Positions 54,276 through 64,000 of a stretch of 64,000 bases of DNA are shown here, in pieces. Source of the stretch: Octopus vulgaris. Its lineage: Eukaryota. The translations under genes were made by a program, and so were the position numbers. Each line of letters starts with the position of its first letter. Position 1 is the first letter of the stretch. A model generated the notes under the pieces. The model did not search any database. It worked only from the letters and a program-made list of their open reading frames with translations, and was not told where the DNA came from. The DNA lies in assembly GCA_951406725.2 (NCBI GenBank), contig OX597836.1, positions 37,572,001 through 37,636,000 of the forward strand. Reading direction: 5' to 3'.

Positions 54276-54555
54276 ACTGCGGATCTCTGCGTTCTGATGA
54301 TAACAATTGTATAACGATACTGGCAACAAGGTGAATGGACTTATTCATAAGTTTTCTTTAGAGAAATTTCAAGAGGGTCTCATTATTTCCTTTCAATTTT
54401 GCAACAAAACTTTAAAAAGAAGTGTAATTTAATGATTTTAAAGATTTACTGTTAATAAATACATATGCTTGTATGTCTGTGCTCACACACATACTCTCAC
54501 ACACACATACACACAAACACACACACACACACGCACACACACGCATACACAAGCA

Positions 54556-54670
<115 letters not shown>

Positions 54671-54739
54671 GGTATAAGAGATAGCGAGGGAGAAGGTGTT
54701 GCAAATTATGTTTGTATATGCATATATGTTTAAGAAAGA

Positions 54740-55020
<281 letters not shown>

Positions 55021-55616
55021 CATACCGATGTGTGTAGTACGCTGATACTCGACGACAAACACCCCACACAGCATTCAAATATTCAAGACGCAAAGAAAAA
55101 TACTCTTTACATTCCTACTACTTTACATTACTACGAGCTAGAAACACACATACATACTTAACTTTTATACATATGCACTCATAGACACACACATACACTC
55201 CTGAACAAACACCCATACACGCACACTTATACACACATTCACGTACACATACACTCATACATTCTCATAGACCTCCTTATGTACATTTACACACGAAGCC
55301 AATCTTTTTCGTCCTTTCAACTTCCGGGTTATTTCAAAATAGCACTGAATGTTTCAGCGCATATTTTAATTTTTTTGTTTCATCTTTCAATCCCTTTTTT
55401 TTTCCTTTCATTTGAATCCCATTCTTTCTCTTTAATGAACGACCTCAGTGTCCGAAACGTTAGACATTTACACACGCCACACGCGCACGCGCTTGTGCGT
55501 GTATCTTTGCCCATTATCAACTCATAACTGCTTTAATTTTACCTTGCATGTTGCTATTTTGATTTCATTATAAGTGTTTGCGTATGTGCATGTGTATGCG
55601 TACGAATGTAGATATT

Positions 55617-55681
<65 letters not shown>

Positions 55682-55996
55682 TGCAATTCACTTAATCATC
55701 GGTATATTATTGTTATTTTAATTTTAATATTTCTATTATATGTAATTTTCTAGATGTTGTAATATAATTGTTCATTTTGAATTGATAAAAGGTGTTTTTT
55801 TCTAATTTATATATATACAGTATATATATAATATTTTGTGAAATTTGCTTTAGTATTTCTAAATAGAATTTAGAATAATATTCCCTCAAATAATAATAAT
55901 AATAATAATAATAATAATTATTATTATTATTATTATTATTAATATTATTATTATTATTATTATTATCATATATAGATATACATATATATATATATA

Positions 55997-56888
55997 TAGT
56001 GTGGATGGTAAGTAACTAGGCATTAGAAATTGCTTATAGAATTTTTAGTATCACTGAAGTCATGATGAAAACATTTTTTAAACAGACATTACTAATATGG
56101 ATTCCATATTGTCTTACTTCTTATTTCTTATTTTCTAGATCGCCGGTCGCTTGACTGTTCAGGAACAAGCTAAGATAGCAGCATGCTATGAAGTGTGGAA
56201 TTCCATTGTTTTGGTTCAGAGATGGTGACATGCATGGACATGTAAGCATGCAACACCACGCCCGGAGACAGTAGAAATTTGTCATGCAAAGCTAATAACC
56301 ACGGGCTCTGTGAACGGCGTAAGAAGAAGTGGCCGTCCAACCACATCTCGAACAGCGGAGAACGTGGCAACAGTACAGGAAATGTTTAATCGCTGCCCGC
56401 AAAAAAAACAACACGTCAAACAGCTCATGAAAGTGGACTAACGAGACATACAATACGTACTGTGTTGCAGAAAGAACTGAAATTTCGTCCGCGGAAACCC
56501 GATTACGTGCAGGAGCTAACACCTGCAGACTGTGATCACAAAAGTCCAGAAGTTCTGAACACTCACTCCATGTGATTTTTACCTGTGGGGTTACACAAAA
56601 TCGGAGGTGTACAAGACAAAACCTCGCATACTGGAGGGCTTCAAGACACGGATTCGGGCTGTTCTCAATGATATCCCAGACGACGTCATTCAGAAGGTTG
56701 TTCATTCCATCCCCGGCTGTTTGAGGAAACTGGTTGACGCTGCCGGTGTTTACTTTGAAATGTGAAGATTTACTTTCATTTTCCCATTTAATAAAGAACA
56801 TGTGTCACGTGTTTCAATTAATTTGTAATAGGAATATGGATTTTATTACCAATTTTTAACGCCTTCTTATTTTTCGCCCACCGTGTAT
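55997..56888 (+). mobile_element. Internally deleted Tc1/mariner-superfamily element
   Basis: Degenerate TIRs (GTGGATGGTAAGTAACTAGGCATTAGAAATTG / CAATTTTTAACGCCTTCTTATTTTTCGCCCAC); RSGRPTTSRT, VQELTPAD, and a decayed SPDL..CDFYLWG. Confidence 0.75.
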
Positions 56889-57056
56889 ATATATACACGA
56901 TTATATATATGTGTGTGTGTGTAGGCATGTATATTTATTTTGCATATATTGTGTATTTATTGTGCCCCACAAAAGTCTTATATGGACCCTCAGGTGTCAT
57001 ATGGATCCCGGTTCAGAACCACTGCTAATGACGATAAACTTTCGCTAGTTCGCTCC

Positions 57057-57130
<74 letters not shown>

Positions 57131-57432
57131 GAGAGAGAGAGACAGAGAGAGACAGAGAGAGAGACAGACAGACAAACAGACAGAGATTGATAGACGTGTG
57201 TACATGAGTGTATAGATGCATATTTCTGTGTCCATGTCTTAGCTGGTTATTTTTATTGCGAAGTACAATAATGTGTATTAACTTAGTGGCTCGCGAAGAC
57301 TGTGTTCGATGAAATATGTACCAAACTTAAAAGTGTGTTGGGTTGATATCATCGATATAGACACATCGAAGAACGAAACCATAAATGAATACTCACATGC
57401 ATACACACACATACGCATATATATATACATAC

Positions 57433-57483
<51 letters not shown>

Positions 57484-57499
57484 TGTATAAATGTTCTTT

Positions 57500-57709
57500 T
57501 CTTTTTCTTTTACTTATTTCAGACATTCGACTGCGGCCATGCTGGAGCACCGCCTTTAGTCGAACAAATCAACCCCAGGATTTATTCTTTCTAAGCCTAG
57601 TACTTATTCTATAGCTCTCTTTAGCCGAACCAGTAAGTTATGGGGACGTAAACTCACCAACATCGGTAGGGGGACAAACACAGACACACAAGCACACACA
57701 AACACACAA

Positions 57710-57740
<31 letters not shown>

Positions 57741-57903
57741 CGACAGGCTTCTTTCAGGTTCCGTCTACCAAATCCACTTACTAAGCTTTAGTCGGCCCGA
57801 GAATATAGTTGAAGACATTTGACCAAGGCGCCACGCAGTGGAATTGAACTCGGAACCATGTGGTTGGTAAGCAAGCTACTTACCACACTACCAATCCTGC
57901 GAC
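57500..57903 (-). mobile_element. SINE family A
   Basis: Co-linear with 617-1020. Confidence 0.9.
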
Positions 57904-58051
57904 TATGTTTATATATACTGTATATATTATAGGTAAACGGGATCAAAAATATCCAGGTAGAGATCAACATAGGCACTCGGTGTTAAACGAATTTGGTTTT
58001 GTACTGTAGAATCACAAATTAAAGTTGTGCTTTTCTTTATTCGTATTTTGT

Positions 58052-58329
<278 letters not shown>

Positions 58330-58422
58330 TATATATAAATAATCCTCTATTTCTCTAATATATATATATATATATGTATACATTTATATATATATTTTTT
58401 CTCTCCTTGTTATTTTCTGTGT

Positions 58423-58462
58423 ATCTTTCTGTCGAAGAGCGTAGGCTCGAAACGTAAAAGAC
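58423..58462 (+). ncRNA. Minimal type I hammerhead-like motif, A6U variant, in a (TA)n-flanked repeat (58395-58551)
   Basis: UCUUU-CUGUCGA-A-GAGC(GUAG)GCUC-GAAAC-GUA^AAAGA; identical to 2684-2723. Confidence 0.65.
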
Positions 58463-58547
58463 TTTTTCTATTCCTGAGCGCTATACTGATACATGTGTTT
58501 GTTTGTACTCCACCTGCCTTCGTTTTTTGTTTATTTTCGTAAACTTT

Positions 58548-58586
<39 letters not shown>

Positions 58587-58791
58587 TGTAAATGTATGTG
58601 TGTCCGTCTGTCTGTATGTATGTATGCATATATACATATTTATATATAATTATATGTTGTGTGTATATTTGTATAGTGTGTAAATATATTCATAGTTGCA
58701 ACTTTCATTAAATATACGCGTACATCTAACATGTATGGTTGTATGTATATCTGTCATGTATGTATATATTCATGTATACATGTATGTGTGT

Positions 58792-58857
<66 letters not shown>

Positions 58858-59138
58858 TGTGTGTTATCGCATGTACGGATGCGGATCAGTCCATATCTTG
58901 CAGACTTAATTACAATTTCTGCTTGCCAAGCAGCTCTCGTAATCTCTGTAAATGTCTTGTGTATTATTAAGACTTTGATTCGTATTAAATTTCTTCCACG
59001 AGCATTCTACTTCATACCACTTGAATCATATGTCCAATGTACTTATATATATTTGACATAAATATTTATAAAATGTTTCTTTTCAGAGCAAGACACATTT
59101 ATTTTGCACATTTAACTTCACGTTTGCAATATGGCGGA

Positions 59139-59531
59139 GATGAAGAAGCAAGCACCCTTTAGTAACATTGCTTTAATCCAAGTAACAATTTTATCTATTT
59201 TGTTTATTAATACTCCAATTGTCATATCAGTGTCTTCCACTGAAATTCTCGTAGACTGCTTTTATCAAAGATGAAGAAGCAAGCACCCTTTAGTAACGTT
59301 GCTTTAATCCAAGTAACAATTTTATCTATTTTGTTTATTAATACTCCAATTGTCATATCAGTGTCTACCACTGAAATTCTCGTAGACTGCTTTTATCAAA
59401 GAAGAAGAAGCAAGCACCCTTTAGTAACGTTGCTTTAATCCAAGTAACAATTTTATCTATTTTGTTTATTAATACTCCAATTGTCATATCAGTGTCTACC
59501 ACTGAAATTCTCGTAGACTGCTTTTATCAAA
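59139..59531. repeat. Tandem repeat, 3 x 131 bp, near-identical units
   Basis: GA(T/A)GAAGAAGCAAGCACCCTTTAGTAAC starts at 59139, 59270 and 59401. Confidence 0.95.
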
Positions 59532-59539
59532 GTCATAAC

Positions 59540-59884
59540 CGGCGTTTCTCAACCATTTCTTTTTTAACTATGGACCCCTTTGACTCCTTTTTTTATTCTG
59601 GTGGATTTCCCCCCACACCCATCTGATTTATAAAATGTAGTTTTATAGATACTTCTTTCAAAATTCCTATTCTGCTTTTCTCACATTAACTTGTTTAGGC
59701 TGACCTATAAAGGGTAGAGGAAGAAACCTAGTTGTTTCTTGCAGTAAATACATCAAAATAAGATTTTTCATGGACCCTTAGAACACTACTGCGGATCCCC
59801 AATTAACTATTTTGCTACCGTGGGCCCCACAAAAGTCTTATATGGGTCTTCAGGAGTCGTATGGATCCCGGTTCAGAACCACTG
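59540..59884. mobile_element. hAT/Charlie-type MITE
   Basis: CGGCGTTTCTCAACC / GGTTCAGAACCACTG termini; partial 3' copy at ~56960-57024; TSD not convincing. Confidence 0.65.
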
Positions 59885-59889
59885 CTCAA

Positions 59890-60149
59890 AAAGAAGAAAT
59901 AAAGATAGACTTTATTTCTATTCCAAAGAAAACTATTTTATTGCGCGTACTAACGCACGTTCCCACGGCTTTATCGATCGCATTCTAACCTGGAATAGAT
60001 TTTTGTAATTTTTTCAAGACTTATACACGCCCTGATACCGTCGGTATCTACATATCAAATTTGAGCGCAATCGGATGGAGGATGCCCGAGATCCTAGAAG
60101 ACACACACACAGACAGACAGACAGACAGAACGGATTTTATATAATAGAT
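59890..60149 (-). mobile_element. Helitron-like element, 5' part
   Basis: Minus begins TCTATTATATAAAATCCGTTCTGTCTGTCTG; AAATTTG...AATCGG motif as in Lep1-type Helitrons. Confidence 0.55.
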
Positions 60150-60699
60150 TTTCAAAGAATGTAGGGGTGGAGGTCACGTCCTTCTTTAATCCAAGAAAAG
60201 TTAAAAGAAAAGCAGAAAATCGTGGAAAATTGTTCAGCTTACTGAGACATTAGACATTATCTAAGACTCAATGGTAATCTTAATTCTGGGACGATAGTGG
60301 GAGATTTAGGACTATGTATTTTAGTAGTGTTTACAGAATAAGTAAAATTTCAAATGTCAACCACAATAAGAAATAACAGTTAGTGCTATTGTAACCTTCA
60401 AGTTGACTAAGCTTTCTAGTATCGTTCCACACTTTTTTCAACCATTTGTGCGTAAATCATTTATAATATTAGTGTTAACATTTTCAATCCAGATAGCATT
60501 TAAAAAGCTAACAATTCTTCTATGGGGTGGAGCCAATTTTTTCACTGACTAACATTGTTCAAATGATTTCGGCTTATATAGGAGACAACTACGAGCAGGT
60601 TCCAGTCTTAGGACCTTATCAATGAAGCAGTGTATTTGGCAACATTATTAAAATAACGTTTCTTTTTCCTGTTACAATTATTTCTAGTTAGCTTCTTTT

Positions 60700-60744
60700 T
60701 ATTTATTTATCATCATCATCATTATTATTATTATTATTATTTTC

Positions 60745-60804
<60 letters not shown>

Positions 60805-60919
60805 GTCGTTGTTGTTGTTGTTATTATTATTATTGTTGTTGTTATTCTTCTTCTTATTATTATTACTATTATTATTATTATTATTATTGTTATTATTATT
60901 ATTGTTAGTATTATTATTA

Positions 60920-60968
<49 letters not shown>

Positions 60969-61072
60969 CATTATTGTTATTATTATTATTGTTGTTATTA
61001 TTATTATTATTGTTATTGTTATTATAACTATTATTATTATTATTATTATAACTATTATTATTATCATTATTA

Positions 61073-61106
<34 letters not shown>

Positions 61107-61135
61107 CATTATTATTATTATTATTGTTATTATTG
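60700..61135. repeat. (ATT)n trinucleotide block
   Basis: Direct inspection. Confidence 0.95.
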
Positions 61136-61494
61136 CTTTTTAACTAATAATTTGTTCACTGGCTTACCGCATAATTAACTTTTTAATATTCCTTGCATTA
61201 AATATGATAACACAAATTTATCCAACATCCTATCTGCCTTTCCATCTGTGTACTTCACCGCATAACTATTTCTAGTTAACTGTTTAAGACATTTAATGCT
61301 CCCTGCATTATATATGTTTACATTAACTTAACTAACAATTTATATAACTCACTACGCACTTGTCACGTGCTTTTAATGCTCCTTGCATTAACTATACACA
61401 ATATGTAATTCTGATGTTGTGGACCGATATCAACACAGCCTCGACAGTTCACGTCCTGTAAGAGACCGAACTGTTTCATATTCATTTCAGCTAA

Positions 61495-62030
61495 AAGCAC
61501 AAGGTCTAAAATTCTGGGGAAGGAGCTAGTCGATTACATCGAACCCAGTACTCAAATGGCACTAATTTTATCGACCCTGAAAGGTTGAAAGGTAATGTCA
61601 TCCTCGGCCGATTTTAATATCAGAACGTAAAGACGGACAGAATGTTTAGCGGCTCTTCGTCCGGCGTGCTAACAATTCTGATTGCTGCATTAGAACTGTT
61701 TAATATTGGTTTCAACTTTGGGGGCACAAGGCCAGCAATTTCAAGGGAGCGGGGTGAGTCGATTACATCGACCCCAGTGTTCAACTGGTATTTAATTTAT
61801 TGATCCCAAAAGGATGAAAGGCAAAATCGACCTCGGCAGATTTTGATCTCAGAACACAAAGACGAATGAAATGGCGCTAAGCATTTCATCCGGCGTGCTA
61901 ATAATTCTACCTTATTCTTCAAGTCTGGTACTTATTCTATCGGGTCATTTTGCCGAATCACTAAGTTGGTGTGTTACAGGGACGCAAATACACGAACATC
62001 GGTTGTCAAGTGACAAACATAGACACACAC
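61495..62030 (-). mobile_element. Two older SINE B copies plus a SINE A fragment
   Basis: GCACAAGG...GTCGATTACATCGA...GAAAGG motifs twice; CTGGTACTTATTCTATCGG... Confidence 0.75.
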
Positions 62031-62100
62031 ATATATGTATATATACGTATATACGTATATATATATATATATGCACACACACATATATGTATATATATAC

Positions 62101-62166
<66 letters not shown>

Positions 62167-62168
<2 letters not shown>

Positions 62169-62783
62169 CAATAATAATTCTCTAAACGAGATATAGACAG
62201 TAACTGCTCCATAACATAAGGGACGTTAGCCATCTGAATGTGGCTAGGGACAGGGCAGGGCGGTGGGGTGTTATGATATTTAGCCCCAGGCGATCATCAA
62301 CGTCACCAGGAGGGCTGACGCCATCACGGCGTCCTCTAGCCTGCAAAGGAGATCATTCCCCGAAGAAGCGGATGCCACATACGGACCTAGGTTTCAAGGT
62401 GTTTGCCTATTATCAACGTATGGCAGGCACCGCCCCTCGACGAACGACTCTCTGTGCAGGCTATATATAAAGATTTTCACAGTAAATACATTTACTGATG
62501 TAGAAAATCCGTTCGACAGCAATAATAATTCTCTAAACGAGATATAGACAGTAACTGCTCCATAACATAAGGGACGTTAGCCATCTGAATGTGGCTAGGG
62601 ACAGGGCAGGGCGGTGGGGGTGTTACTGATGCATTTAGCCCCAGGCGATCATCAACGTCACCAGGAGGGCATCCGCTTCTTCGGGGAATGATCTCCCTTT
62701 AGGCTAGAGGACGCCGTATGGCGTCAGCCCTCCTGGTGACGTTGATGATCGCCTGGGGCTAAATGCATCACACCCCAGTAACA
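62167..62783. mobile_element. (TA)n-flanked GC-rich element: 351-bp unit, partial tandem copy and inverted copy
   Basis: AGCAATAATAATTCTCTAAACGAG at 62167 and 62518; 62668-62770 is the reverse complement of ~62275-62378. Confidence 0.85.
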
Positions 62784-62889
62784 TTAGTATATGTTATATA
62801 TATATATATAATATATATATATATATATACACAAGTATAGTATATGGGATGGAAAAGTTCAAATCAGCCAAACTACAATGAACACATAT

Positions 62890-63420
62890 GTAAACGGATT
62901 TAATTAAGATAAAAATAAGGATGGCGCTCTCTTGGCAGTAAATGTCTTATCTAAGCCGGAGGTCGAACGTACGTAGGAGTCGTTAAGGAAATTTCTTTTG
63001 AATGTTTTTAATCTTAGTATTGCATTTGATACTAACACAACGATTGTGAATTTTTCAGGCGTCACACATAATTCTAAACACCAAATTATATTACCCTTAC
63101 CGGAACCCAAATCAAACATTATAATATATAAACGTTTCTTCTTATCATCCTAGATTGACCCTCAATAGTATCATTATGGTTATCTCTATTAGAATATCCA
63201 ACCTATCAGCAAACATAGAGATTTTTAATGTACATGCCCTATTTTATAATCAAGCCCTAAGATTAAACAGCTTTCATGATTATATTTTCTACATCCCTGA
63301 CACCAAACTCAAATCCAAATTTGCAAATCTCCCATATGACAATCTTGAAATTGCTAAAACGATTTCTTCCTTAAATTATAAAAGTATAAGAAAATCTTTC
63401 GTTAACCATGCTAAACTTCA
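62890..63420 (+). pseudogene. Penelope-like reverse transcriptase C-terminal relic
   Basis: FNLSIAFDTNTTIVNF, YYPYRNPN, YINVSSYHP, ISIRISNLSANIEIFN..ALFYNQAL (cf. VNFLDV..YRKP..S.HP..RIS.LS). Confidence 0.75.
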
Positions 63421-63449
63421 TAACCTTCATTCTAGTAACTGCATTGGAT

Positions 63450-63855
63450 CAGCTGATCCGTCGTTCGCTCAAAACCAATGACATCACAAACAAATTCTTT
63501 TCGACCCTTTAGGATTGGAATTTTTGAAAAGTAAAAATTTTGCATAATAATAATAACAATAATAACAATAATAATAATAATAACATTTTTCTGGTTGAAA
63601 TACACCGATAAATAGCGACACTACAGTAATAAATAGTAAAAAATAGGGATTTTCATAGAAAAAAACCACCTTTTTGATGTAAATAATTTATGGTCCGATT
63701 TGAATTTTTTTCTCCTACGGAATAAAGAGCAAGCTTTCTTCTATCATACTCTCAATTTTGGTCAACTTGCGCCGCAGGGTCTCGGAGGAGATAGTGTTAG
63801 TTGAAGGCTACCAAATCTGCCATACACTGACAACTTCAGCTTTATATATAATGAT
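63450..63855 (-). mobile_element. Possible Helitron-like non-autonomous element
   Basis: AATTTTGGTCAACTTGCG...CTCGGAGGAGATAG...TTCAGCTTTATATATA end resembles Lep1-type termini. Confidence 0.45.
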
Positions 63856-64000
63856 AGTTACTTGGATCCACTATAGGATAACAACACCTCCGTTTTCAGG
63901 GGAGAATTTTACATTTGCTGTGTTGATAGGATGGAGTTTAAAGATGGAATGATTTTGTAGAGATCTAAGTGTGTTAGGAAGGGTAGTGAGGGAGTTTTCG

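Noticed and set aside
54293-54330. CTGATGA motif as a ribozyme
   Set aside because: No GAAA and no supporting stems.
53164-54348. 394-aa and 382-aa His/Thr-rich ORFs, plus all [12 protein letters not shown] ORFs
   Set aside because: They are translations of microsatellites with no coding signal.
55429-55465. UCU-UUAAUGAA-cGAC..GUCc-GAAACGUU-AGA as an active hammerhead
   Set aside because: Core is mutated at C3 and G5; counted only as a decayed relic.
59139-59531. CRISPR-like array
   Set aside because: Plain tandem repeat with no unique spacers, in a eukaryotic context.
62668-62770. HDV-like or twister ribozyme in the GC-rich element
   Set aside because: I could not fit the nested pseudoknot or twister consensus by eye.

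Overview
Eukaryotic, AT-rich, microsatellite-saturated non-coding DNA. The tRNA-derived SINE families and (TA)n/(CA)n/(TATC)n load look like an octopus/cephalopod genome; this is my inference, not a database result. I found no convincing host protein-coding gene. Nearly all six-frame ORFs are microsatellite artefacts ([12 protein letters not shown]) or transposon relics. The window holds more than 30 copies or fragments of about 5 SINE families, decayed DNA transposons (mariner, maT-like, hAT, a Merlin-like MITE, Helitron-like elements), LINE fragments (CR1, RTE, Tx1/L1) and several Penelope-like (PLE) RT and GIY-YIG relics. The main signal is a dense set of type I hammerhead ribozymes (HHRs) from unrelated sequence families, mostly in short islands bounded by (TA)n. 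Five have an intact CUGANGA/GAAA/NUH core (8286-, 30132+, 30918+, 34927-, 45294+), and about five more are variant or decayed. Two identical HHRs lie in a tandem 468-bp-unit array (29773-31113), the layout of a circRNA-producing non-LTR retrozyme. Several long fold-back hairpins and a tandem-plus-inverted 351-bp element occur in the same (TA)n context. Together these suggest a (TA)n-targeted PLE/retrozyme system. All structures were assigned by eye and need computational and biochemical confirmation.
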